IMG/VR virus record: IMGVR_UViG_3300020048_000119
Coordinates: 1-64,000 of that record
Strand: one strand, 5' to 3'
Length of the DNA: 64,000 bases
Origin: an uncultured virus (IMG/VR IMGVR_UViG_3300020048_000119)
Taxonomy: Duplodnaviria; Heunggongvirae; Uroviricota; Caudoviricetes
Position 1 is the first letter of the stretch. Each line of letters begins with the position of its first letter. Position numbers and translations under genes: made by a program. Positions 10,067 to 21,392 of this stretch are shown in pieces. Under the pieces are notes generated by a model that saw only the letters and a list, made by a program, of their open reading frames with translations, made no database searches and was not told where the DNA came from.

Positions 10067-10441
10067 CTACCTCTCAATCAAACTAAAACTTACGTCTTTC
10101 CATACCCATTCTTTACCATCTGCTCTGTGTAGTGTAGTCGGTATCGCACCTGCATAAACTGTTACTGATTTTGATACGTTTAATTCATCTGTGTATACTA
10201 GAGTGTGAAAGCAGTTATGCGAGGTTACTAAGTCACTCCAGAGTTCTTCGATAATTACATTTAGGTCAGTTGATGTGATTGCGGCATACGTAAACTGAAA
10301 CTTTCGCTTGTTGGCTACAAAGTCCATAACCATGTCACCATTCGCAATACGTGTAGACTCAGTTAACGTGTACCTCTCAATCGAGAACCCAGAAGGGTTT
10401 TTAATGTTTCTACTATTGATGCTAAATTTACTGTTTCCCAT
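10067..10441 (-). CDS. Distal tail protein (Dit-like)
   Basis: Immediately after the TMP. R..NGDMVMD...KRKF and W..VSFSLIE motifs. Confidence 0.7.
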   Translation of the reverse strand: MGNSKFSINSRNIKNPSGFSIERYTLTESTRIANGDMVMDFVANKRKFQFTYAAITSTDLNVIIEELWSDLVTSHNCFHTLVYTDELNVSKSVTVYAGAIPTTLHRADGKEWVWKDVSFSLIER

Positions 10442-10444
10442 CTT

Positions 10445-13400
10445 CTACCTCCTGAGTGTTTCTACTCTGCGTACATCGTATAACTTCTTTTCTAGTTCTT
10501 TTATTCCGCGATCATCAGCTATCAATGTGCCTACATAGATTGGTGTCATTTGCTGTTGTGAGCTAGCAAGCATCGGCAGTACTGACTCCAGGACCTGTCT
10601 AGCTATGTTCGAAGAGTCTTGTGGCTGAACCGTTTGTATCTGCTTTACAGGGCTTGCGACTCCACCATTTGACATCCCCATAGCCATTGCTAACTGTGTC
10701 ATCATGTCTCCAGAAATATCGAAAGTAGCAGGCATATGCTTTGCAAGCGTTCTACCGATCTCACGTAATGGACTCTTTCTATCAAGCGGTACCACAGCTT
10801 CTCTTAGACCAGACTCACCCATTTCATAGAGACCATGCTTTCCTATAATACCTCCAGATGCCATTTGATCAGGTTTTGTGATGTTGCCTGTACCCTGATA
10901 AGGTAGCTTCTTTATGTCTACCCATTCTCCTTTACTGTTTTTGTAGCGATAACCTTGTAGTACCCCACTCTTCCATATTTCAGTATACATCGTTGAACCG
11001 ATAGTATAGGTTGCACCTTTAGTCTCATTATCATTTTTTGTAAATGGATTACCTGTACTAAGTGTACCTGAAAGCTCTTTGAGGTCCTCAATCTTAGACA
11101 TTGCTAAGACTATAGCATCTACCATTTCACCAAGAGTTGCATCAAGTGTCTTCTTTGATAAAGACATCTGAGCATTGATCGCAGCCGTGACTCCCATAAA
11201 AGCAGTCTCAGTTGTATTTCTAATTACATACCATCCACCTGCAGCTGCATCGTTAGACGCTTTCAACTGTGCCTGTATTTCTGGTGGTAAGTCCTGGAAT
11301 GGTTTAACTATACCATCAGTTACTTTAGCGGCTTCTTCTGCGCTTACTTGTGTGATTTTAGCCATACCATTCTGTGTTGTAATTAGTCCGTCATCAAGTG
11401 CGTCTTTTACTTTAGGCTCAAGTGTATCCCAAGATTGGAACCATGAATCTTCAATCTTTACAAAACCATTCATTAGTTCTGTATGAATTACAAGCATTCC
11501 ATTTTTTACTTCAACACCTGATCTATCAGCTATGACATCTCTTAAAGCTGCAGGTATCTGATCCCACATCTCAGGCTCGTCTACAAACAGGTCAACTATA
11601 TCCGCTGCACCATTCTTGAAGACGCCATTTAGATCTACCATCACTAGTCCTGCGGTTTCTGTTGTTGTAACACCCAGGGCTGTCATAGCTTTAGAGGCTG
11701 CTGGTGATAGCTGTGACCATACATCCGCTGCCACAAATGTGACACCATCTTTAAGTCTATCGCCTAGCTGATTTATTACAGCAATAGCTTTGTCACCCTT
11801 ATCCTCTATTACCGATACACCTACTGTCTGTAGACCTGCTATTTCTTCAGGCGTTATCTCAGAGAACCTAGTACTCATTGCTACTACTATGCCATCAGCT
11901 GCTTTGGCTATTGCCTCACGTGTGATAGGCATTCCATTACCTGTACTAGTAGCTATTCTTTCGTCTAGTTCCTGTAGTACTCTTATTGTATCACCAGTAA
12001 GTTTACCTTTGACACCTTCTAGCCAACTAGATACTGTTTGTTTGCCACTTAAAACCGCTGTGTTAGTTATTTCAAAGAAACCGCCTTCAAGATTACGTCC
12101 AAGGCCATCAAGTATATCTTCTTGTGCCTGACCAATATCTCCAGCAATATTCTCACTTAGTTTAAACCTAGCAGTTATCATCTTATTAGCTACCGTGGCA
12201 TCATTGATGTTTAGTTTAGATGCATAGAGTTCAGATCCTTCAATCTTATCAAATGTAAAGCTTAAACCATCTTTGGATAAGCCTGATAAGATAGACTGTG
12301 AAAAATCATTTGGGTCTAAGTCTATGTTTCTATTGGAGCTTGATATTGCCTCATTCATAGCTTTCATGAAGGTTATTGTACCGTCACTATTTATCTGAAT
12401 TCCAGCCTGTGCCAAGATGCTAGCGTCGTTGATGCTAAAGTTACCGATGTTTATACTATCAGGTAAACGTTGTGTCCAGCCTATAATGTTATCGTTTAAC
12501 TTAGCCATTTCAATATTCATGACGGCGCCTGATGACAGGCTTGTGCCTTCTATTGTCGGACCAAAACGATTATCTTTTCCAGAAGCTAGATCAGCACTTT
12601 CGTTGTAACCAAGTCCTGGAATTACTTTCGTTATTTCAGTTGTAAGCTTTGTAAAGTTAATCCCCAGTGTAGCATTCAACTCAGCTAAGAAATCAGCATT
12701 CAATGCACTTATGTCAAACTCAGGTCCTAAGTAAGATGATGTTGTCCCTGTTCTATTAAATGTAGGACTATCAAAATACTTTGTAGGAATCAACTCTGTG
12801 CGTGCATATATGCTTTCCATGTTATCTACTACACGTTGCATCATGTTTATTACAGTAGGCATTGCTTTATCTGTTACCTGACTCCAGTCACGTGGTTGCT
12901 CGTCTATTCCTTGTTCTTTAAGTGCTCTATATAAACTTGGAGCCATACTTGGCATGAATTTTTCAAAGGCCGCTGCGAACTGTTTTGTAGAACCTTGGAA
13001 GTACTTTTCAAATACAGCATCCTGTTCTTGTTCACTATATTCTTTTCTAAATACTTTCCAATTACTTTCTGATATAGCCCCATACTGGAACATAGCGTCA
13101 AGCATATCTTCTTTGAATTTGCCGCCTTCAAGATACTCGGTAGTGCTTACAAGTCTTCTACCTCTACCACCAGGCATTACCTGTTCAGTAGTTGCTGTAC
13201 TTCTAGTAGCGCCGCCCTCACCCGCAAGAATCTTCTTTAATTCCATTGTAGATAACACTGAACTACCATAGTCTGATAAAATTAATGCGGAGGCAGCTTG
13301 TTTCTGTATCTCTGTGAGTCTGTCCCAATTCTGTAAAATCTTCTCGCCATACATCATTGAGTTGGTCCAACTACCCATTCCAGCGGATATTGCTGAGTTT

Positions 13401-16400
13401 ATTGTTTCGCCTATTGCAACACCTATCAGAGCTATTGTTGTTCCTATTGCTGCTCCAGCGCCACCACCGATTGTTCCTTCTGGTCCAATGACTGTGCCTG
13501 CTATTGCACCCGCTAATGCTGCCTGACCTATAAGAGCAATTGCACTATTTAGTTCTTCAAAAGCAGTTTGCTGCATACCTATAAGGCCCATCTGCTCGAA
13601 CATATACTCACCGAAGGTCTTATTATTATCGGTGGCCTGAGCTTCCCAGTTAGCATAGAGTGTTTTGTATTCCTCACCCATTTCAGCATTTGTACGTGCC
13701 TGCGAACTCATAGTCTTTTCTATTGAAGCATACAGGCTTTTCATAGTAGTTGTTTCTTGGTATGCTGTAACTGCTACACTGACTGCTTCACCAGCAAGAT
13801 CAGCAAGACCTACTCTAAGCAAGTCAGCTCCATCAATTCCTGGTATTCCTGCTTCTTTCATATTAGGCATACGTGTACGTATTTCGCCTAGTATAAAACT
13901 ACTTGCCTTAGCGGCAGCTTCGCCAGTTAGTGCTTTAGATATTTTGCCTATTTCTTTAATAGCTTCTGAAGAACCGCCTGATAATCTACCTATGCGCTCA
14001 CCTAATGTTTCTACTGCTGTTGCAAAGCGTCCGGTAGCTCTATCAAATACATTGGAACCTATTTCAAATAGTTTAGCCGAGTTATTTATCTTTGTAGTTA
14101 CTTCTTCTACTATCTCTGCATCAGCTGTTTTCTTTTTAGTACGTGTTCTAGTTTTCTTTGCTGCTTCTTCAACTACACCAGCATTCTCAGACATAGCTTT
14201 TGCTTCTTCTGCAGCTGCAGCTGTAAACTCTGCAATAGCGTCTAATGATCTATACTGCTGTGTAAGATCTATTGCTGGAGCATCCTTTAAGCCCACTACC
14301 TTTTCAGATAGCATGTCATGTGCTTCTATAGCGTTATCAAGCAACTGTCGCGTATAGTCATCAAACTCTGTTGCCGCTTTTATTTGTTCTTCAGTTATTT
14401 TTATACGCTTATATGTTGTAGCAACTTCTTCTTCAGCTATCTTTTCAAGTTGCTGTACTGCATCAAGTGTTGATAAATACACATCTGCTTGCCCTACAGA
14501 CATATCCAGTATTTCTTCCAATGCTTTAAGTAATTCAGCTTTACCCGTTCCTGTTGCTGTTCTAAAAGCGCCTCCTTTAAACATTGTAGATACTTTTTCA
14601 AGAAATATCTTATAGTCTTCTATGCCACCAAGTGTACGCGTTATATTTTCAACATACTGTACTCTAGCCTTTGAAGAGGGTTTAGCTACTCCATCTTTGA
14701 ATTGCTTCTGTATATCTGATACATCCGACACCATTTGCTCTACTACTGCTAGCGCTTTATTTGTGTCTACTGTACTACTTGGTAGCTCAGCCATATTTCT
14801 TAATGCAGCTTTTGCGAAGTATAGTGCGTCTTTAAACTTTCCTATTGTCTTATTATCAAAAAGTGACACAAGTGTTTGACCAACATATTCATTTATCTTC
14901 TTAGAAGCATCCTGTAGTAGCATTGCCTGTCTAGGTAACTTCTGAAGCGAGAATGTGCTCTTAGTTAGTTCTTCAAGTCCGTCTCTTATCTTACGCATAT
15001 TCTCATATGTTGTTTCAATTGCCTTGGTAGCACCCGTTGTTGGTTCTTCTGGTGCATAGGCGTTGAGTGAATTAAAGAATATATTTTTGTTAGCTCCTAC
15101 GCGCTTGTCTGTCTTTAATGCTTTATCAATTTTATCAAGTACAGCTTTAAGACTCTTCATAGCCTCAGCATTTACTGCCGGATTAGGGTTAAACTGTAGA
15201 CGCTTAAAAATATCTTCCAGTTCACCTGACAAGATACGTCCATTACGTATCCCTGTCTTATCTAGTTCTTCACCAGTAACGGCTTTTAGCCACTTGAAGT
15301 TTTTAAAGTCTACTTGTCTTGTTATACCTGACATGTTTACTTCTTCACCAGACTTTAAGAATGATGTAAGCAACTCACCAAAAAAGTCTGTCTTACTAGT
15401 GGCAGCTATTATATTCTTTTTTGCTATTTGGATGACTGAAGCTTCTTTTAAACTCCACTTAAATGTTTCAGGTATGTCTACCATTACTAGGTGCATATAC
15501 TGCTTTGCGTCATTCACATTAAACGCCTTAGTACCATTGTCTGTTAGTGCACGCATTATATCATTTTGAATAGCTCTTTTAAAATCTTCACCGTCAAACT
15601 GATCATACTTAGCATAGTTTAAACCCGGTTTAACTACTGATCCGGCTTCACGTATTTCTTTCAAAGCATCCCTATTAAATACAAGCATTCCTGCTTGATT
15701 CTGACCAAGCGCTATAGCTTGTAAACCTAGTTGGTGTGCATACTCTGGGAACCAGCGTAGCATATCATCAAACGACATAATAGAGTTACTAAGATCTTTA
15801 ATGACGGTGTCCATTGTTTCACCGCCCATACTTGACGCAAACTTAACGCCTTCAAATTTACTTTGGGACATTGTCTTTATATCTACCGGCATATCACCAA
15901 GCATTGCATCTATTTGCGCAGCTACCATACTTTTCCAGTCAACTGCTATTGGTCCCTTTTTTAGCTTAGCGTCGACCTTTAACTGTGCTGCCATTTGGTT
16001 AAACATACCAATAACTATATCTTCTAACTGAACGCCGACTTCCATTATAGCTTTAGTTGTTTTGCCTGGCTCTTTCGGAACATAATCAGCAACGCGTATA
16101 TCATTTTTAATTGCTTCAGTCATATCATTAACTATAGTAGAAGACATAGTTCTACCAAAGTCAGACAAACCTTGAAGACCCATTTGGTCTGTGCCACTTG
16201 GAAGTACTTTAGTAGCATCAAAAATGCCTGATTCCATAATAGTCTTAGGTAACCGTGATACTGCAAGTGCATAATCTTCAGCGTCTGTTACTAATTGCTC
16301 TGTACCCTCTAGAAGCGCTGTTTTCAGATTCCAGAAACTATTATTAAGTTTTTGTATGTGACTAATAGATGCGACCGCTGCTTCATTGCCTACTGCTTTT

Positions 16401-19400
16401 ATATGACTAGGGATATTACCAATCTTATCAGAGATAGACTCATAGTATTTCTGAGTATCTATGCGTTCAACTGCTTGTGCAGGCTGTGCAGCGTTTGCCT
16501 TAGCTGCTAGTCTAGCTAGTTCATACTTCATAGCATCAAAGCCTTGTAGATACTCTGTAGCTAATTTTTCTAACTGCTTACCTACTATATCAGCATACAT
16601 TTTTGGTATTTGTTTTTTCAAAACCATATCGAACTTTGTTACAGCTGTTTTGAAATCACCAGAAGTTTCAGAACTCATTAGTAGCTCATCAAACGTCTTT
16701 GTTAGAGAACGCATAGCTCCAATGCCATGCTTTATATCAGATACAAGTGATTCAACTCTACGTATATCAGGGATCAGATTAGAAGGTTTGCTAAAGAACT
16801 TTTCATCGCGCATACTTACAGACAGTCTATTAAGTATAGACTTATTATCGGGTGCAGCAGGTGTCCTATAAGCACTATCTATTGCGTCTGTAGCTGTAGT
16901 ATATCCAAGCTTTGCTTCTGGTGCTGTTACATAGCCTATAGTCTGTGAAAGGATATGCTTTAACTGTCCATTAATCCTAGAGGATGAAGCTGTTGAATTT
17001 GCTATTTCGTCTACTTTCTTTTTCATCTCTCTGAATGTTAAAACATTTACAGAAGTCTTATCAAACATCTTAGGCGTGTCTCTGTAGTACTTCTGGGCCA
17101 TACTTATTTGTTCTTTGACAAGCCTAATAGCCTCGCTGGTATTGCCAGTAGGCTTATTAAATTTATCTATAAGGAATCTAACAGTTTCTGCTATTGTTTC
17201 TTCACTAATCTTTTCAGTCGGTGTAGATATAGCCTCAGCATACGCCTTTGTGACTGCTGCCAATACCTTAGGCATCTTTTCCATCTCTTTAGCTGTTATC
17301 TCTGTAGCTTCACCAAGATTGTTTATTGTGTTAAAGAAGCTCTTAAATGCTTTGTACTCTCCCTTATTAGGCAAATCGTTTACTACCTTAGTCAGTGCTT
17401 CGTCTACATTGTTTGCGTTGGGTGTATAGAGTTCATTCATTATACCAGCGCCTAAGCTGTAGCGTGTCCTGAACATTTCATCAGTGCTTAAAAGCACCTC
17501 TTGGATCTTAGAAAGCCTAGTGGCCATAATTCTAAGCGTACTACTATCAGCTGCACGATTAGTCTGTCCTGCAACACCTATAAAACGATCTACTAAGTCA
17601 GCTTGCTTTGCAGCAGCCATACTCTGTGTGCGCATCTCAGTTGTTGCAGAATAAAGTAGTCCTCTACTCTCTTCTATAATTTTTCTATTTTTAGCTATAG
17701 AACCTTCGCCGCCTTTATTAAGCAACTTATCAATGGCTTCCTGTAATGCGTTTGGATTAGTGGCGCTTTTAGAACTTCTAATAATTTCACGAAGCTCATC
17801 GCCTTTTATTTTTACTATTCTTTCTAACTGCAACTCTGCAAAAACAGCATTTTTCTTGCTACCTGTTTCGCTGAATGTTGTCATAATGTCTACTAACTGC
17901 TTTGTATCTTTTGTTAGACTTTCTTGTGCTTTTATTAGGTTAAGAATATGATCCCTTTTTGAAGCGTATAGTTCTAGATCAGGTGATGTAACCGCTCCGT
18001 CGCCAAAACCAGCCGCTGACTTAGATACAGTTACTATATCTTTATTTAGCTGATTAAAGAGTTTACGCATGTCACTGCTGGAAGCATTAACATCCATTAC
18101 TGTAGCTATTAACTGTCTATAACCTTTGTCTAGTATAGCTATATCTTCATTTATGGATGTACCTACTCCTAATACATCGCTTAAGCCTAGTGCTTTGAAT
18201 TGTTCAGCATATTGGCTTACACCGGCATTATCGCCGTACTTACCCATATATTTTGAAAACTCTTTCTGTAAGCCTTCAAGAGCTGTATTTAAGTCTGCAG
18301 CTAATCTTTTTGCAACAGCTGAATCACGTCCGCCATTAGGTAGCTTAGATAGCTCATCGTTCATTGCAACTACTTCGTTGTATATGCCCTGCAATCTACC
18401 TGTATCGCTTGCTAACTTAGCACGTTCTATAAAGTTATATTTCTTCATTTCAGCACTATCAGAAAGCGTGACTAGTTTAAGCATTTCACGTTCTTTACCG
18501 ATATAGGAATCTAACATAATGTCAAGTGCAGGAAGTCCGCCCCTAAACTTAGCGGTGTTAACATCGTCACCCATCTTGCTTAAAAGACTAGCGAACTTCT
18601 TATCATACTCTTTAAAAGTCGCATCAAGATTACTTATTCCTTTTGCAACTGCTCTGTCTGAAAGATATACGCTTTTAAGTGCGCCCTTCATCTCATCTAC
18701 TGGAAATGCTTTTGCAAACTTAACACCAAGTGCACCAAGCGCGGCTGTTCCAACAACACTACCTATAATAGCTGGCCATTTTCCAAACTCATCAGTGATT
18801 GCATCCTGGAAAGAATCATCAAAACTAAACTTAGGATATTCAGGTAACGTAGCGCTACTTTCCTCTGGGAACTTAAATGAAGGCATCTGCGGTAGATTAC
18901 CATATGGGTTATCTGGGTTCTTATCAAGTAAAGAAACTAAATCGCCAGCTGCAGCATTAGTATCTTTTTGAACTTGATAGACTTCGTCAAAACCAGCTAC
19001 CCAGTCTTTCTTAACTGATGAAGCTGCTTTCTTTGAAGAGTCCGCTATTTTTTCAAATGTATCTACACCAGTAGAGGCAATGTTAGTAAATGGTTCACTA
19101 AATGCAGACTGATACTTTGCAATAGCTTCATTATATTTTTCCATGTCTTTAGCGTATTCATCATAGGCGTTACTATAGTCGGTAGGTAATATGCCTGTAC
19201 GTTTACCTGAGACGCCCGCCATAGCTTTATCAAGAAGACCAAAAGCTCCCGCAGTTGCAACAGCCCCTGCAGCTAATCCTGATAGCACCATAGTAACTGT
19301 TTTAACTACTGGATTCATACGTGCGAATATTGGCAGTATAGTTCCTAAAGTAAGTCCTAAACCAGCTAAACTACGTGTAGCTGCCAATGCACCTTGACCT

Positions 19401-20644
19401 ACAAAACTTAGTGCTTTTGCGGCCTTATAACCTATGAATAATACTGCTAGGCCTTTGCCTGCTAATTCCGCGCCGCTACCAAGCATCCCAGTTTTTTCTG
19501 TGGCCCACTCAACTACTTTTATTAGATTAGTTAAAGCACTTGCTAGAGCCTGTATGCCATAGCTGTACATAGCTAATTCAGCATATGCAGCCTGGCCAAG
19601 TACCTTAAGTAAAGGCTGAGCAGCTACAAATAGTTCACCAAGTCTATCTCGTAAGTTGCCTAGGTTACTGGTTAGTGTTAGTACAAATTCTGCTAACTGA
19701 CCAGAAGCATCTGCATCCAGTAGAATAGATTTAACTAGGCCAGCAGAACCCAGTGTTGTTACTGTATCTCTATATTTATCCAAGGCATCTCTGACTACTG
19801 TTATCTTATCTGCAAAATCAGCATAGGCATTTGCACCTAACTGTTGGACTATAATTAAAGAGTTATCTTTTAGGGTATCAGACATACCAGTCATAGTCTC
19901 GGCAATTCTATCAGCTGCTCCAGCATACCTTTCCTCTAATCCTTTAAGTATAGCTACTACTGCTTTTTCAGCCGGAACCCACTGTGTGCCTATACGAGCT
20001 ATTTGCTCGCCAGTAAGGTTCATTTGTTCTTGTAAGATTTCATAGATTGGTATATTAGCATTTGCTAACTGTCTAATTTCTTCATTTGCTAGGCGCCCTT
20101 TAGTAAGCATTTGGCCTAAGCCGAATGTTATACGCTGTAGATTCTGATCAGTAGCTCCAGTAGCCGCTGCAGTGTCTGTAATAACACCTAAGAAACTTTT
20201 TGTTGTTTCCATACCTACGCCCATGGCTTGCATGTACTTAGATAGTGAAATAGCTTCAGTAGTACTAAAAGGTGTTCTAGAGGCGAATAGATTTATCTCA
20301 CGTAGGTATGCAGCAGCTTTAGCTGATTTGTCTGCACCCTTTACGAAGTATTCCATGGAAATAGCAGCAGTCTCCATATCTTTCGAGAACTGGAGAGCTG
20401 CTGCACTTGCTTCAATCATTACACCAGATAAAGAGTAGAAGGCCTGAGATACCATAATACCAGCAACGATACGTTTAGTATCTTTAATCCCGGCGGTAGC
20501 ATCACTCCAACGCTTTTGAAAGACCTCAGTAGCTTCGTTCATGGTGTCCATCGCTGAACCCCAACCTACCTTCATATCTTTCACTGCTTTATTCATGTTA
20601 GTATTATCAACGTCAATTTTAATGTTTCCTACCATAAATGCCAT
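10445..20644 (-). CDS. Tape measure protein (3399 aa) with an internal nuclease-like domain
   Basis: N-terminal tape-measure motif (FASRTPF...GQMLTKGRLANEEIRQL..NIPIYEIL), hydrophobic segments, and C-terminal MASGGI...GESG.EAVVPL. Lies between the chaperone and Dit. Confidence 0.92.
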   Translation of the reverse strand: MAFMVGNIKIDVDNTNMNKAVKDMKVGWGSAMDTMNEATEVFQKRWSDATAGIKDTKRIVAGIMVSQAFYSLSGVMIEASAAALQFSKDMETAAISMEYFVKGADKSAKAAAYLREINLFASRTPFSTTEAISLSKYMQAMGVGMETTKSFLGVITDTAAATGATDQNLQRITFGLGQMLTKGRLANEEIRQLANANIPIYEILQEQMNLTGEQIARIGTQWVPAEKAVVAILKGLEERYAGAADRIAETMTGMSDTLKDNSLIIVQQLGANAYADFADKITVVRDALDKYRDTVTTLGSAGLVKSILLDADASGQLAEFVLTLTSNLGNLRDRLGELFVAAQPLLKVLGQAAYAELAMYSYGIQALASALTNLIKVVEWATEKTGMLGSGAELAGKGLAVLFIGYKAAKALSFVGQGALAATRSLAGLGLTLGTILPIFARMNPVVKTVTMVLSGLAAGAVATAGAFGLLDKAMAGVSGKRTGILPTDYSNAYDEYAKDMEKYNEAIAKYQSAFSEPFTNIASTGVDTFEKIADSSKKAASSVKKDWVAGFDEVYQVQKDTNAAAGDLVSLLDKNPDNPYGNLPQMPSFKFPEESSATLPEYPKFSFDDSFQDAITDEFGKWPAIIGSVVGTAALGALGVKFAKAFPVDEMKGALKSVYLSDRAVAKGISNLDATFKEYDKKFASLLSKMGDDVNTAKFRGGLPALDIMLDSYIGKEREMLKLVTLSDSAEMKKYNFIERAKLASDTGRLQGIYNEVVAMNDELSKLPNGGRDSAVAKRLAADLNTALEGLQKEFSKYMGKYGDNAGVSQYAEQFKALGLSDVLGVGTSINEDIAILDKGYRQLIATVMDVNASSSDMRKLFNQLNKDIVTVSKSAAGFGDGAVTSPDLELYASKRDHILNLIKAQESLTKDTKQLVDIMTTFSETGSKKNAVFAELQLERIVKIKGDELREIIRSSKSATNPNALQEAIDKLLNKGGEGSIAKNRKIIEESRGLLYSATTEMRTQSMAAAKQADLVDRFIGVAGQTNRAADSSTLRIMATRLSKIQEVLLSTDEMFRTRYSLGAGIMNELYTPNANNVDEALTKVVNDLPNKGEYKAFKSFFNTINNLGEATEITAKEMEKMPKVLAAVTKAYAEAISTPTEKISEETIAETVRFLIDKFNKPTGNTSEAIRLVKEQISMAQKYYRDTPKMFDKTSVNVLTFREMKKKVDEIANSTASSSRINGQLKHILSQTIGYVTAPEAKLGYTTATDAIDSAYRTPAAPDNKSILNRLSVSMRDEKFFSKPSNLIPDIRRVESLVSDIKHGIGAMRSLTKTFDELLMSSETSGDFKTAVTKFDMVLKKQIPKMYADIVGKQLEKLATEYLQGFDAMKYELARLAAKANAAQPAQAVERIDTQKYYESISDKIGNIPSHIKAVGNEAAVASISHIQKLNNSFWNLKTALLEGTEQLVTDAEDYALAVSRLPKTIMESGIFDATKVLPSGTDQMGLQGLSDFGRTMSSTIVNDMTEAIKNDIRVADYVPKEPGKTTKAIMEVGVQLEDIVIGMFNQMAAQLKVDAKLKKGPIAVDWKSMVAAQIDAMLGDMPVDIKTMSQSKFEGVKFASSMGGETMDTVIKDLSNSIMSFDDMLRWFPEYAHQLGLQAIALGQNQAGMLVFNRDALKEIREAGSVVKPGLNYAKYDQFDGEDFKRAIQNDIMRALTDNGTKAFNVNDAKQYMHLVMVDIPETFKWSLKEASVIQIAKKNIIAATSKTDFFGELLTSFLKSGEEVNMSGITRQVDFKNFKWLKAVTGEELDKTGIRNGRILSGELEDIFKRLQFNPNPAVNAEAMKSLKAVLDKIDKALKTDKRVGANKNIFFNSLNAYAPEEPTTGATKAIETTYENMRKIRDGLEELTKSTFSLQKLPRQAMLLQDASKKINEYVGQTLVSLFDNKTIGKFKDALYFAKAALRNMAELPSSTVDTNKALAVVEQMVSDVSDIQKQFKDGVAKPSSKARVQYVENITRTLGGIEDYKIFLEKVSTMFKGGAFRTATGTGKAELLKALEEILDMSVGQADVYLSTLDAVQQLEKIAEEEVATTYKRIKITEEQIKAATEFDDYTRQLLDNAIEAHDMLSEKVVGLKDAPAIDLTQQYRSLDAIAEFTAAAAEEAKAMSENAGVVEEAAKKTRTRTKKKTADAEIVEEVTTKINNSAKLFEIGSNVFDRATGRFATAVETLGERIGRLSGGSSEAIKEIGKISKALTGEAAAKASSFILGEIRTRMPNMKEAGIPGIDGADLLRVGLADLAGEAVSVAVTAYQETTTMKSLYASIEKTMSSQARTNAEMGEEYKTLYANWEAQATDNNKTFGEYMFEQMGLIGMQQTAFEELNSAIALIGQAALAGAIAGTVIGPEGTIGGGAGAAIGTTIALIGVAIGETINSAISAGMGSWTNSMMYGEKILQNWDRLTEIQKQAASALILSDYGSSVLSTMELKKILAGEGGATRSTATTEQVMPGGRGRRLVSTTEYLEGGKFKEDMLDAMFQYGAISESNWKVFRKEYSEQEQDAVFEKYFQGSTKQFAAAFEKFMPSMAPSLYRALKEQGIDEQPRDWSQVTDKAMPTVINMMQRVVDNMESIYARTELIPTKYFDSPTFNRTGTTSSYLGPEFDISALNADFLAELNATLGINFTKLTTEITKVIPGLGYNESADLASGKDNRFGPTIEGTSLSSGAVMNIEMAKLNDNIIGWTQRLPDSINIGNFSINDASILAQAGIQINSDGTITFMKAMNEAISSSNRNIDLDPNDFSQSILSGLSKDGLSFTFDKIEGSELYASKLNINDATVANKMITARFKLSENIAGDIGQAQEDILDGLGRNLEGGFFEITNTAVLSGKQTVSSWLEGVKGKLTGDTIRVLQELDERIATSTGNGMPITREAIAKAADGIVVAMSTRFSEITPEEIAGLQTVGVSVIEDKGDKAIAVINQLGDRLKDGVTFVAADVWSQLSPAASKAMTALGVTTTETAGLVMVDLNGVFKNGAADIVDLFVDEPEMWDQIPAALRDVIADRSGVEVKNGMLVIHTELMNGFVKIEDSWFQSWDTLEPKVKDALDDGLITTQNGMAKITQVSAEEAAKVTDGIVKPFQDLPPEIQAQLKASNDAAAGGWYVIRNTTETAFMGVTAAINAQMSLSKKTLDATLGEMVDAIVLAMSKIEDLKELSGTLSTGNPFTKNDNETKGATYTIGSTMYTEIWKSGVLQGYRYKNSKGEWVDIKKLPYQGTGNITKPDQMASGGIIGKHGLYEMGESGLREAVVPLDRKSPLREIGRTLAKHMPATFDISGDMMTQLAMAMGMSNGGVASPVKQIQTVQPQDSSNIARQVLESVLPMLASSQQQMTPIYVGTLIADDRGIKELEKKLYDVRRVETLRR

Positions 20645-20658
20645 GGATGTATACCTCC

Positions 20659-21371
20659 TTAAATTAAGAATGGGATGTCTTCTACTGTCTGTGCAACCTT
20701 TGGTTCACTTGAGGGATTGATTATGTCTGAATGTATTTTTGCTAAAGCGCTAAGTCTAACGGGAGTAGTCCTCCAGAATGTTTTTTCTGACATCGCTAGA
20801 CACACTGTACCTGTATAATATAAAAGTGGCCAATCCCATGCCTCCTCTGTTCCAGTTGCTACTTTAGCATTTATTCGTTTTTTGCTTCTTCACCGGTTGT
20901 TCCCTGTGGAACAAGATCATTTATGATTGCTGAAACTATGGCACTATTTACATCTTTCATATTCCCAAGATTTACCTTACTGCCAAGTTCTCGCTTACGT
21001 ATTGAATAACCTACTATTTCACCGAAATCATTATACAGCGCTGTTTCATGCATTACACCTATCCATAAAAGATTTAGTGTATCAGCACTTGCAGCCTTAG
21101 GTGTTTCATTAAGCTTAGCCAGCAGTTCTGGAAGTGGTGTTCCACTCACCATTATGTCTGATGCATTTACAACACAGTCATTATATGTGACAATATCGTT
21201 TACTTCAGTCTCTGCTGCAGAGAATAACATTCGTAGTACTGTGTCGACGTTTCCATAAAGTTTGTCTATTTCGCAGAATGCATTCAAATCATAGACTAGG
21301 CGGTATTTTACACCGCCTAGCTCTATAACAGTTGCATCTGGCTTAAAAATGTTTGTTTTATCTTTAGCCAT
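20659..21371 (-). CDS. Tail assembly chaperone, gpG/gpGT pair made by a -1 programmed frameshift
   Basis: gpG is 20871-21371 (YDLNAFCEI). The slippery A-AAA-AAC at 20877-20883 opens a -1 frame containing WDWPLLYY...FWRTTP, which ends at 20659. Confidence 0.85.
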
Positions 21372-21392
21372 TGCAATCTCCTCCTACCGCAA

